Assembly: GCF_001194135.2 (NCBI RefSeq)
Contig: NC_068982.1
Coordinates: 162,602,026 to 162,666,025 of the forward strand
Length of the DNA stretch: 64,000 nt
From: Octopus bimaculoides
Lineage: Eukaryota
Reading direction: 5' to 3'
Part shown: one piece after another, positions 11,831-23,760 of the stretch
Position numbering within the stretch: the stretch's first letter is position 1
Layout of the letters: every line of letters begins with the position of its first letter
Translations under genes and position numbers: made by a program
The notes under the pieces: model-generated
The model's input: the letters and a program-made list of their open reading frames with translations, nothing else
Told to the model about the DNA's origin: nothing
Databases searched by the model: none

Positions 11831-12606
11831 CTGTCTCACCTAAGCTTTACAGAGAATTAATAACCATTTGGAGTCGTAGTAGTTTCTCACTCTGAAGAGG
11901 AACACTAACCTTTGTGATAAAGTTTTGGTCTGTTGACATTGTGATGCAGTTTTGACAACAATAATTTTATGTCAGAATGTTTTCTTAAGTTTTGCTTCAA
12001 ACACTAACTAAATATACCAATAAATGAAAATGTTCATTATTTCACTAAATATCACGAATTTCTTGATTATGAGGATAGGCTGTAAAGTTCATAGTGTAAC
12101 TAACTATGAAGGAGTGATGCTAAAGCTGCAAAATCTTGCATGCATCAATTTCAAATCTCCTTATTAAAAAGTGTATTGTTACTTTCCAGATACACTGATA
12201 TCTGATTGTTCAAAGAGAACTTCAAAAGTAACTATTAGCAACTTCTCTTGAAAATGGACAAAATTTGGCATTGTCATGTTATCAAGTGCCTGCAGTAAAA
12301 GGGTTTAGCCCCCAATGACATTCATGCTGACGTAGTAGCTACATTAGGAGATGACACTCCTGCTTTAACAACAGAGCATAAGTTGGTAAATGAATTTAAG
12401 AGAAGAATGTATGGGTAGGTAAAATGACTTTTGTTGAAACAACAGTTTTACAACTGGATGATGACCTTAATGCTAACAACTCAACCATGAAATGGAGAAT
12501 TGTTCAGTCAGACAAATGTAGTTATATACCTTGTTAGTGAGAGAAATAATATCAGATATACCACAATGCTAATCACTTTTAAATGTAGAAACAACAGAGA
12601 ACAAAC

Positions 12607-12866
12607 CTTTCAATTTTAAGCTCAAGTAGACTGTTTTGTTGTACAGTGATAATAATTTTCTTATCCATATTGCACCGTAGTTTAAAACAACTTTTGTCCC
12701 TTGGGACAGTAGAGAAGTTTCCACGACTATCATCTTCTTTGAACTCGAGGCCAACACTGAAGATGAACTTTTGTTCAGAATCAGACAAGCTACTGATTGA
12801 TTCACTGCGAGGCTGCTTAGGAACACGCCTGAAGGTTGTAGCAAAGCAGTACAAAACTTTGGCTAC
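12607..12866 (-). CDS. RABGAP1: RABGAP1-like exon 4 (VAKVLYCFATTFRR...LEFKEDDSRGNFSTVPRDKSCFKLR...LKIER)
   Basis: Acceptor TTATTTCTGTTCTAG, donor AAG|GTTTGT; phase 0 to 2. Matches RABGAP1 FATAFRR / LEIKEDD.KG.FS.VPKDK / CFKLR. Confidence 0.95.
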
Positions 12867-13468
12867 CTAGAACAGAAATAAGCATCGTAAAATAAATGAT
12901 ACAATTTGAAATGATATAAGAATGTTTAAATGCTATTATAAGAACCAATTTGACACAAAAATAACCAACAAACCCACTAACTGTAGTTTGATCATGAATT
13001 TTTATCAGTTGTCGGGTGCAACATCACCAATCTATTATATTGTTAATGACAGATTCCTGTGGTGTAAACAATGCCATACTGCAGGAAGTAAATTGCAAAA
13101 GTCTGTGATAAGGAGAAAGAGAGATTCAAACAAACACTATTGTCAATACTCACACTCACATACATGCAGATGCTATTGATGCACAAACACATACACACAT
13201 ACATGGATGGTTGGTTCAAATTACACCTTGGAAGATCCACGAGGTCTGCTACTTTAACTATAAAGTGCTTGCAATTCTATCTTCTTGTATTAGGTACTAT
13301 AAATTGTTTCTGCTGTTTTAACATATTAAGCAGGTTTCTCTTTTCTGTTTCAAATTGATTCTTATAATGTTTAATATCAGAAACATAGAGACTGAAATAA
13401 TGAGCCAAAAAGCATAAATAACTGGTCTAGGAATCGGAATCAAAGACATGAAGAGAAGTAAAACTGAC

Positions 13469-13652
13469 CGCTTCAGGTAAGTCACATCTAAATACATGGC
13501 ATTGAAAGATGGTAGTTTCTGCTGTATCCCCATGGCTACAGGTGAAAGCAAAACAGCGTCTTTCATTGCTGTCAGTGGGTCCACGAGCACAGAAGAGAAT
13601 TCTATGTATCCGATAGCTGGCAATGTCAGAGTTTGTAGTAGGATCCAGTAAC
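13469..13652 (-). CDS. RABGAP1: RABGAP1-like exon 3, PTB domain (LLDPTTNSDIASYRIHRILFCARG...CHVFRCDLPEA)
   Basis: Acceptor TTTTTCTATCCGTAG, donor GCG|GTCAGT; phase 2 to 0. ILFC.RG, CFAFT and HVFRC motifs as in RABGAP1. Confidence 0.95.
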
Positions 13653-14044
13653 CTACGGATAGAAAAAGATGAAAACATTTCATTAGTGACTGGAAGATTA
13701 TATCAAAATTAACATATTGATAAATATTAAGAATAATTTGAGTTTTTAAATTGTTTAAAAGGTTGTTTTACATAAAAGAGGACAATATGCAATAGATTTA
13801 ACTTCAGAACATTTTTGGAAAAGGTAACGCTAAATCCTGCTTTGACCATCATAGAATTCAAAAACACAAGACAGCAAAGTAGTCACTGTCCTAAGTCCCT
13901 ATCATTTGCACCAATTACAACATATTGAAACTGTTCACTTTGTTAAGAAAGAATGATTAGAGTTTTAGCCAAAGACATGTAATATTAGGAAAAACTATAA
14001 ATGTGTGTGTGTTCATATATATATAAACACACACATACACACAT

Positions 14045-14914
14045 GATTGGCATTTTTCAGACAATTAAGGACTCTGTTAGTGTATATGTTTACATTTATG
14101 TACATTGACTACAGCATTAGAACATTTTAGCTCCTATTTCTAGCAATGTAAGTGTTTCTAACACCCTAGTTACATTTAGTGACAATTATAATTCTCCTTT
14201 TTGATGGAACATAGCAAACTGCTGTTTATAGTAGTTCTATGTGTATTTTTCCATTTCGTGCCCTTTTAAAGCCTAGCCAGGCTCATGGGTCCGGTTTTCC
14301 AGTTTCTATGGCATATGTGTTCCCCACCAGCTGGACGGGATGCCAGTCCATTGCAGCATTACTCAAGAAACAAGAAGAAAGAGTGAGAGAAAGTTGGGGC
14401 AAAAGAGTACAACAGGGGTTGCCACCACCCGCTGCCAGAGCTTCGTGGAGCTTTTAGGTGTTTTCGCTCAATAAACACACACAACACCCGGTCTGGGAAT
14501 CGAAACCGCAATCCTCCAACTGCGAGTCCACTGCCCTAACCACTGGGACATTGCGCCTCCACAGTTCTATGTGTATACATTAGCAAATCACTAAATCAGC
14601 CATTGACTTAGATGATGCAGACATATATACTAAGAGAGAAGCAAGTCCAGAAAGAGCTGAAGTGTGAGCCAGTCCTAACTGATGAGGTAACAAAAATTGC
14701 CAAAAGTGACGCTGGTATTAGGAATTCTTGATCGGCATTTTTCAGATGACTGAGGTCCCTGTTAGTGTATATGTTTACATTTATGTGCATTGACTACATC
14801 ATTAGAGCACTTTAGTTCTTATTTCTAGCAATGTAAGTGTTTCTAACAACCTAGTCACATTTAGTGACAATTATAATTCTCCTTTTAATGAAACATTGCA
14901 AACTGCTGTTTATA
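14045..14914 (+). repeat. Local duplication of ~185 bp (14045-14230 and 14730-14914)
   Basis: Colinear from GAT(T/C)GGCATTTTTCAGA to GCTGTTTATA. Confidence 0.85.
14247..14562 (-). mobile_element. tRNA-derived SINE, head A + tail Y, 14-bp TSD
   Basis: Head GTGGAGGCGCAATGTCCCAGTGGTTAGGG...GGTTTCGATTCCC (A/B boxes); TSD AGTTCTATGTGTAT at 14233-14246 and 14563-14576. Confidence 0.9.
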
Positions 14915-14924
14915 TTAATTTTGT

Positions 14925-15268
14925 CGCCTCCCTGGCACTTGTGCCAGTGGCACGTGAAAAGACATTTGAGCGAGATCGTTGCCAGTGCCGATGGACTGGC
15001 TCCTGTGCTGGTGGCACGTAAAATACACCATTTCGAGCGTGGCCGTTGCCAGTACTGCCTGACTGGCCCTCGTGTTGGTGGCACGTAAAACACCCACTAC
15101 ACTCTCAGAGTGGTTGGTGTTAGGAAGGGCATCCAGCTGTAGAAACTCTGTTAAATCAGATTGGAGCCTGGTGTCGCCTTCTGGTCCACCAGTCCTCAGT
15201 CAAATCGTCCAACCCATGCTAGCATGGAAAGCGGACGTTAAACGACGATGATGATGATGATGATGATG
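14925..15268 (+). mobile_element. RTE-type retroelement 3' end with (GAT)n tail
   Basis: GGTGGCACGTAAAA repeats, AGGAAGGGCATCCAGCTGTAGAAAC block and (GAT)n tail. Related minus-strand pieces at about 18780-18960, 33980-34320 and 36055-36205. Confidence 0.75.
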
Positions 15269-16750
15269 TATACATATATCATGGTATCAACCAAACTATC
15301 AGATAACCTATAGTATAGTTATCTTCATTATTAGATACATGTATTTCATAATAAAAATAACAAAATAGTACATAACTGTATATAAAAAATGGCTTTGGAA
15401 AGCAGCAGTTCTCTTCTAGAGCAGAATTGTGTCCGTGCAACAGTGTGTTTGAGACAGAGTAGTGTTTGAACTGGAATAGTGATTGAGGTTTCAGCTAGAC
15501 TAGTACTTAAGCCGGGTTAGAGTTTGAACCAGAGTAGAATTTGAGCTAGAGAGTAGTGTTTGAGCCAGAGTAGTAGCTGAGCTGCAACCAACATACGCTA
15601 TGGTGTCAGTTCAAAACTGCTGTGTGAGTAACACAGAGTGGCATTAAGCTCCACCTAATCAAGTCTTTGACATAAGTTCACTTAAAAGTTGAAACCATTT
15701 CAGTTCTATTAACTCTTATACCTGTAATTTTTTATTATAGCTGCCAGCCTGGATAGTAATGTTTTTGATAGTCTAATTCTTCTATGACATAGATGAATAC
15801 AAAGTCTTCACTGATGAAGTAAATCATCAGAGACCAAAGAAACTGGTGACAGTCTGTGTCATGTTGTGATGGGCAGATATATATATATATATATATACAT
15901 ATAAGATGATAATTATGTATGATGGGACTTTTATTTTCATTGCAGACTTACAGCTGTCTACTTCACATTTACAACTTTACTTGACATTCAACTTGAATAT
16001 CTGAATGTCAAAACAAATAATACTCAGTAATCAACCAAGTGTAACATTGCAAACCTTGCACAGTATAACTACTTTATATTCTTTTATTAATTTCTTCATT
16101 TTGTAATTAAGACTGCTTTTTTTTTTTATCAAGATCAGTCATATTGAAATATCTCTTTCAAAGGGTTTAAGTTAACTTTATCAACTCAAGTTACTTTGTC
16201 TGGTACATATTTCATTGATCTTGAATGGAAGAAAGACAAAGTAAACTTGGGAATAAAGGGACAAACCAGGGCATAAAGAGGTGTAACCAAATCATCATCA
16301 TCATCATCATTTAACATCTGTTTTCTATGTTCATTGATAAATCTACTAGCTGACCTCTCTTTCTCACTTCCTACCTATTGCAATGTGCTAAATACCTCCA
16401 ACCTTGATAAACAACAAAATCACAATGTTCATAGGAGGACTGACATTATAGACAGGTAAACACAACTAAAATTAGATATTCCACTCAAAGCTTGTTTAAT
16501 TGATAGATTGAATACTAACCTGCTGATAATGATGCTAATCCATTCATTGTATGTGACTTCTAATTGCTAACTAGTTTGGCTTCGCCAGAGCTAACGAACA
16601 GATGGGATGGAAGGGTCACTACTTAAGCAAGGTCAGCTAGCAAAGCTTACTTAAGCAACTCGCAAAACATGAAGGATGAGTTAGTATTTAATATTTACTG
16701 TAGTTTGGATATAATCTAGTATATATAGTATGTATATATANNNNNNNNNN

Positions 16751-16794
<44 letters not shown>

Positions 16795-16799
16795 GTTCT

Positions 16800-17654
16800 T
16801 CCAGAACTTAGTTTCACTGATCTGGGTGAATCTTCCTGGGAGCAACATGCTACCAGTTATCCTGTCCCTGGTCATCTCCTCTGTGAGGTTCAAGGTCCTG
16901 AGACCAGCCTTCACCACTTCATCCCATGTTTTCCAGGGTTTCCCTTTTCCACAAACTACACCTACTTTAAATGATCAGCACTTCTTTATGCAACTGTCTT
17001 CATCTTTATGCATCACATGTCCATACCAACACAGTCATCTTACTTGCACACTACATCTGATACCTCTTATTCCTAATTTTTCTCCAAGTACATTTATACT
17101 ATATTTTTCATACACATATACACTGCATATCCAACAGAGCATGCTTGATTAATTTCTTTCCAGTCTTTTCAAGTCCATTGCATTCAAAGCCCATGTCTTA
17201 CTACAATGCAGCATTGCAGTTCTGACATGAACATTATACAATCTACCTGTCAATCAGGGAGAAGACAGTGGTTGCTGACAGTGGTAGTAGCTTCCTAAAC
17301 TTCTTTCAACCAATTCTTACCCTGGCTGCTAAACTTTAGGAGCTACTACCTCCCAGATAACAAAAGCTATCAACTATTTCTAGTGAGCCATCCATGCAAT
17401 TAAGGGTGTCTGTTTCCAGTGTACTCATAGTATACATACTGTTCCAGTGCATCTCTCACATACAAAGCTTATGTTTGCTGTTAGTCTGCCTATGATACCA
17501 CAACACTTCTTGTGTGTCCATAACTTACAATGGTTACAGTTATAAAATTTATACCTAATCCTTTCTTGCATATCAAGCTAGGCCTTTCTCTGAAAATGTC
17601 AGAGTCCTATTTTTCTTCCTACTCACTAAAATCTTAGTCTTTGCGAAGTTTACC
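16800..17654 (-). mobile_element. RTE-clade LINE remnant, 3' part (C-terminal ORF including KTWDEVVK..LRTLNLTEEMTRDR)
   Basis: Degenerate RTE ORF end with a Cys-rich segment (ICKKG...CKLWTHKKC); same family as 22938-23760. Confidence 0.8.
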
Positions 17655-17658
17655 TTAA

Positions 17659-18399
17659 GGCAAGACTAACACCTCAGACATAGGAAAACACTCCTAAATT
17701 GAAAATGCTCTTACTCAGTGGGAATAAAACCCAGGCAAACCAAATATGGCATACATCAAGAACAATGGTAGTTCTATCAAAAAACATAATATTCAAATTT
17801 ACACATTATCTACTCATGACCTAATTATAAATTCAAAATGACCGACAAGGTAAACAAAGCCTTATTTTAGGTCAATTTTTCTACCAAACTATCAAGGATA
17901 ATATGCTCTAACTTGGAATACCAACAGATTGGGGTACAGACTAGATGCTGAATTAAATACATTAATGAAGTTAGCCTAGATTTCGTTGTGGGGTTGCTCA
18001 TAACCATATGCAGCAATTCAAGCATTTTTGACCCCTGGATAGTAGCATTCAAGTGTCTCTGGAAGATGAACAAATGAAATGTATCTAATCACACTAGAAC
18101 AGCATCTAAGCAAGTATCAAAGTAATACACATGCAAAATTCCAGCCTATTACATCAATTATTCTTGGAGATATCATGACCTAAAGATTACTACTCATAAT
18201 CAGAAATGTCATTTTGAAAAAATGCAAAAAAATTGCTGGAAATGGTTGATTTTACAACAATGCCCAACTACACAAGGATAATATATCCACATTTTAGTGA
18301 AATATTTTCAGTTTTGCACAGTCTAATAACGCCCAGAGACATATCCTTTGCTATTTGTCTGAGATTTTACTATCTGAAATCTGAGGTACTAGTCTTGCC
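17659..18399. mobile_element. Non-autonomous DNA transposon with TTAA TSD and GG..CC termini (Kolobok-like), 741 bp
   Basis: TIRs GGCAAGACTAACACCTCAG / CTGAGGTACTAGTCTTGCC (17/19), TTAA at 17655-17658 and 18400-18403. Removing it restores the host RTE frame GLKVNFAKTKILVSRK. Confidence 0.8.
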
Positions 18400-18403
18400 T
18401 TAA

Positions 18404-18560
18404 GACCTCTCAATCCTAGTTTTAGCTTCCTTCTCTAGTTCCTCTGAGAAATATATTAGCATATAGGAGTATCTATGGACAGCCAGTCCTAAGTTCCTCT
18501 GTGATGGCCAGTAGGACTATGATAAATAGGAAGGGACTGAGGACTGAAATCATTATTGGC
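18404..18560 (-). mobile_element. RTE-clade LINE remnant, RT core (SVLSPFLFIIVLLAITEELRTGCP*ILLYAN)
   Basis: Degenerate RT motifs (SVLSP...LYADD); joins 16800-17654 in frame across the TTAA insertion. Confidence 0.8.
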
Positions 18561-19010
18561 TCTCGCTTTACTTGATACAAATTGTACATAGCTTATACAA
18601 TATCCACAAACCATCCAGCTCCACCTAGTTTTTGCAAAGACCACCAAATTACTGAGTGCGGTTTCCTTTCAAACACTTTCTACAAATCAACTAAAGCCAG
18701 GAATAGTGATTTATCCCTAGCCAAGTACTACATCTTAATTATCCTATTGTACACCCTGACTAGTTCAGTTACTTCATATCATCATCATCAACATTTAATG
18801 TCCAGTTTCCATGCTGACATGGGTTAGATGGTTTGACTGGGACTGGTAAGCTGGAGAGCTGCACTAGGCTCCAGTCGTCTGTTTTGGCTTGGTGTCTATG
18901 GTTGGATGCCCTTCCTAATGCCACCCACTCTACAGAGTGTACTAGGTGTTGGCTTGACATGTCTTCTCAAGCTCAGCAAATTGCTAGATGTTTCAGTCAT
19001 TTGTTATTGC

Positions 19011-19078
<68 letters not shown>

Positions 19079-19433
19079 ACACTTACTCACACAAGGGGAC
19101 AATTAACTCAATTCTAGCGTTTCGTTACATATTTGCTGGCTTTGTGCCAATGAGACAAATAATATTTGTAATGATATCAAATGTAGGTACAAGGCCAGAA
19201 GTTATATTAACTCAACTACATTACTGGTACTTATATTATTGAAAGGTAAAAATGAAGTAAAGTTAATCTCATCAGGTTTTAAAATTAGTCAGAACTAAAA
19301 ACCGCAAGACATTTGTACATCATTTTACCAATTTTGCTAAGCCACTGCCCTTAATAATAATAATATTCACTAAGAATAAGTTGGGATTTATAAGGTTAGT
19401 AGACTGAAAAAGAATGAAAACACCATTACTCAC

Positions 19434-19638
19434 CTGACAATACCTTCTGATGTGCTGGGCACTGATAATATAACTGGAATTGACATCTGGGATTGTTCAT
19501 TGAGAACAGCCATATTTCGGTAGATTTCCACCTCACTGCGTGGAGCATTGACAGTAGCACAGCCCAGGTAGGTAACTCCGTGAAAAATAGTAGCATCACC
19601 ATTAGGAGTGACTGGCAAAGAGACAGATCGACCTCTGT
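19434..19638 (-). CDS. RABGAP1: RABGAP1-like exon 2, start of PTB/PID domain (DRGRSVSLPVTP...TYLGCATVNAPRSEVE...VPSTSEGIVR)
   Basis: Acceptor TTTCATTTTCAG, donor CAG|GTGAGT; phase 1 to phase 2, matching both neighbours. TYLGCAxVNAPRSEVE and SEGIVR match the RABGAP1 PTB domain. Confidence 0.95.
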
Positions 19639-19889
19639 CTGAAAATGAAAGGAATCATATGGTCAGCCTGTTTGGAGTGCAGTTGCTAAGGAATAGCAGG
19701 GGTTTTTTTTCTGTGTTAAAAACCCAGAAAAAGTTAAATTTTTCTATATAAACTAGTTTGGACAGGAGAATAAGACTGACTGAGGTAACTATATCACATT
19801 GGGGCTAGTGTATGCATGTGTCTGTTACTTTTTTAATCATTCCAGGCTTAGGGTTGTGGCAATGCTAGGGTACACCAATACACACACAT

Positions 19890-19931
<42 letters not shown>

Positions 19932-20149
19932 ACACACACACNNNNNNNNNNNNNNNNNNNNNNNNNNNNNNNNNNNNNNNNNNNNNNNNNNNNNNNNNNN
20001 NNNNNNNNNNNNNNNNNNNNNNNNNNNNNNNNNNNNNNNNNNNNNNNNNNNNNNNNNNNNNNNNNNNNNNNNNNNNNNNNNNNNNNNNNNNNNNNNNNNN
20101 NNNNNNNNNNNNNNNNNNNNNNNNNNNNNNNNATATTTCAATAAGTAAC

Positions 20150-21125
20150 AATGATCGATCTATCTGATTTCAAAAAAAAAACAAATTGTTGGAAGAGGAT
20201 AGTTGGAACTCAGTCACTAAAACTGCTGTCATGTTGCCATTCCAAAACCAAGGTAAAACCTGCTCTGGCAAGCATAATTTTGAATGGACGACAAAGACTA
20301 CAGAACAGTGAAGTATAGTGTATCAAATAACCACTGAATTATGGCAGCAAAAGTGACAACAGAGCTAAACCAACATTTTTGTGAACAATGTGTTAATTAA
20401 AAGCATTTGATCTGAGCTCCATAAAGTTGGATACCTGGGAGGAATGTAATTGCTAATCCTGTCCCCCATCAACATTGATAAGTAGAAAATTCAATGTCTA
20501 GGCTATCAGAAGTGGTCAATGGCTCATTGAAACAAAATTTTCTCTGATGAATCATCCCTTTTTCCCCAATTTAGAGCAAGTATATGTCTATCCAAAGAAG
20601 TCTTCAACCCTAACTATTTAGTCCCTACCACGAAGTATGGAGGTGTTCTGTAATGATTTGGGCAGCCATATCATGGAATTCTCTTAGCCCTTTAGTTGTT
20701 CTACATGGAAGAGTTAATGGCAAGGACTTTTTGAAAATTTTGGTTAATTACGTCCATTTTGTTGTATAAACATTCTACCTGATGGTAGCACAGTCTTCCA
20801 GGACAATTATGCACTAATTCTCATGGCTAATGTCATTCAAAATTCATATGAAAAGCACAAAAGTCGAGTAGGCCACTTGGATTGCTTCCCACCCCAATCA
20901 CTGGATCTCAGTATAATAAAATATTTATGGTACATTTTGGAGAAGCAATTGAGGAGTTGCTTTCCTCTGCTCTTGTTGCTGAAAGAGCTAAAGCAGGTTT
21001 TACTTGAAAAATGGCTAAAGATTCCCCTAACATTAAAGCTGTTATTGATGCCAAAGGTAGACCAACCCCATATTAAATAATAAAACTTCCATTTAACAAG
21101 GTGTTTCCATTATTTTATCCAACTA
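20150..21125 (+). mobile_element. Degenerate Tc1/mariner transposon
   Basis: Frameshifted transposase remnants: DLSDF..QIVG HTH start, FSDES, VMIWAAIS, FQD, PPQSLDLSIIKYLW (SPDLNxIE motif). TIR-like end GGTGTTTCCATTATTTTATCCAAC; left end lost in the gap. Confidence 0.85.
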
Positions 21126-21768
21126 CACACACACACATATATATATATATAACACAGGGACATGTTTTACAAAATTCTTGATACGAAATCATGTGTTGTA
21201 ATTTTATAATGTACTTCATGCTGCCAATCAAAAATTAATACATAAATTTACTAATTAATTGACTAATTGTCAAATTAATTGATCATAAAACTGAAATGAA
21301 ATAACTAGAACATATATCTTAACTTTTCACATCCTTTTGAAACTTATCTAAGTTAAAAAAGTTCAGTACTGTGATGATTGTTTACAGAATAAAAATAGAT
21401 ACAAGAGATTAGAGTTTTCTCCCTTGCAACAGAGAGTGCTACACTTACTTTAAAATGAATGTAAACAAGATTAGTGTTTGTGTAATGTTGTATGTTTCAG
21501 GATTGGCCAACTGATGCAGTCTCATGCGGTATTATGTCCTACAGGAAATTAAGAGTTATCTGGAACATGATCTCTCCCAAAGTGAAAGAATCAAACTGTC
21601 AATTAAACCACATGCACTGTATTTCACATCAGTTTTATTATTAATTAACTAGATAATTAATTTAGCAAGTCTCTACTTGATAAAAACTGTAGTGGAACAC
21701 ATCAGTGCATGTGCTTGAATTGGCTGTATGACTCTCCCAAAGTGCCACAACAAATATATATGTATGTG

Positions 21769-21834
<66 letters not shown>

Positions 21835-21859
<25 letters not shown>

Positions 21860-21882
21860 TGCAGTGGGGATGTGTGTGTGTG

Positions 21883-21919
<37 letters not shown>

Positions 21920-21940
21920 CAGTGGGGATGTGTGTGTGTG

Positions 21941-21979
<39 letters not shown>

Positions 21980-22005
21980 CAGTGGGGATGTGTGTGTGTG
22001 TGTGC
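21835..22005 (+). repeat. Compound minisatellite, 3 x [(TA)n TTGCAGTGGGGA (TG)n]
   Basis: Directly visible; period about 58-60 bp. Confidence 0.9.
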
Positions 22006-22937
22006 ATACAGATATGTATAAATGTGTGCATGTTTATCTGATAGTGACATCTTATAAATTTATATATTCTCCTAAGAATATATATCAAATGTAAACAATA
22101 ACCTTTCAAAAGAGAAGAGTAGGAAAGCAACTAGACAGAAAATTATATGAATGAGAAGTATGTCAACACTCAGTGTTTTAGATGTGATTAAAGTTGATAC
22201 TGGTTGAAAGAGATAATACTTGCTAGATATATCACAAGGTATATGTCATTGTAGTGGGTGCTGATGAAATGAAAAAAAAAAAAAGACTTCCACTACAGAA
22301 TGTTACTGTGAGACAGAGAAACAACAGAAAATTTTTAATCTACACCTCTTAAGAGCTTATGTCTGAAACTTTAGTACAAGTGCAAATTGGGACCAGAAAA
22401 GAAATGACTACCTTGCAACACTTGAACAATCCTTGCTCATTATTCTTTTTGTTAAATATTTTGCCCTTGAGCCTGTATTATTAATGCCTCAATAACTAGA
22501 TTAATAGAACACTGAGTATTTTACTATAGAAAATAATGGTCTTATCTCAGCTCATCACACACTTCTCTTTAATCATGTATCTGTGTAACTCTCTCTTTTT
22601 CACCCACTGGGAACACAATAAGTGCCTAATAAAATATTGTTGTTGTTAACCACAGGTCAGCACTGATCAAGCAGATCTAAGCACAGCAAACCAAGAGCAC
22701 AGTATCCAATGTGTCCACTTGTAAAATGGTAGGGTACAATCAGGGGTTTGAGAGAGATTTGGCCATTACTTCTAGCAAGTCAAACACACACATTGAGACT
22801 CCATTGACTCAAATAAAATATATATATATAACCATGGTTGAAATAAAGTATATTTCACCATTGAACATAATTATGTATATCATCATGGATTATTACAAAA
22901 TATATGTCACAACAGTGTGATTAAATATATATCCACA

Positions 22938-23760
22938 AGTAGTTGATAGCTTCCGTTACCTAGGTAACCAAGTCAGTAGTGGGGGAGGATGCGCTGAAAG
23001 TGTAGCTGCTAGAATAAGAATAGCCTGGGCAGAGTTCAGATTGCTCTTACCTCTGCTGGTGACAAAGTGCCTCTTGCTCAGAGTAAAAGGCAGACTGTAT
23101 GACACATGTGCACGAACAGCCATGCTACATGGCAGTGAAACATGGGCCGTGAGTGCTGAGGACATGCGTAAGCTCGCAAGGAATTAAGCCAGTATGCTCC
23201 GATGGATATGTAATGTCAGTGTGCATATTCAACAGAGTGTAAGTACCTTGAGAAAAAAGTTGGACCTAAGAAGCATCAGATGTGATGTGCAAAAGAGACG
23301 ACTGCACTGGTATAGTCATGTGGTGAGAATGAATGAGGATAGCTGTGAGAAAAAGTGCCACACCCTAGCGGTTGAGGGAACCTGTGGAAGAGGTAGACCC
23401 AGGAAGAACTGGGATGAGGTGGTGAAGCACAACCTTCAAACATTAGCCCTCACTGAGGCAATGACTAGTGACTGAGACCTTTGGAAATATGCTGTGCATG
23501 AGAAGACTCGGCAAGCCAAGTGAGATCATAACCCGTGGCCTTTGCCAGGGGTGTAGCCAGCGTACCTTTCCTTCATTGGACACTAAACTCTGCTTGCGAA
23601 GACCTGTTGAGGCAAGTCAAAGTCAAATCAAATTTGCAAATTCGATGACTGGCACCTGTGCCAGTGGAGCGCTAACAGCAACATCTGAGCGTGATCGCTG
23701 CCAGAGCAGCTGACTGGCTTCCGTGCCGGTGGCACGTAAAAACCACTATTTGACAAGACA
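22938..23760 (+). mobile_element. RTE-clade LINE 3' fragment
   Basis: ORF remnant ...MLHGSETWAV...RRLHWYSHVVRM...GRGRPRKNWDEVVK...AMTSD, followed by a 3'UTR with GGTGGCACGTAAAA repeats shared with 14925-15268. Confidence 0.85.

Noticed and set aside
11428-11839. 110-aa and 79-aa ORFs near exon 5 as extra exons
   Set aside because: They resemble a LINE C-terminus and lack phase-compatible splice sites.
21835-22005. Repeat-spacer-like pattern resembling a CRISPR array
   Set aside because: The spacers are microsatellites, the context is eukaryotic and there are no cas genes.
18833-22130. Many ORF-track entries with THTH/CVCV/YIYI runs (also around 27481, 36063-36739, 47048-47649 and 56001-56277)
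   Set aside because: They are translations of (CA)n/(TA)n microsatellites, not genes.
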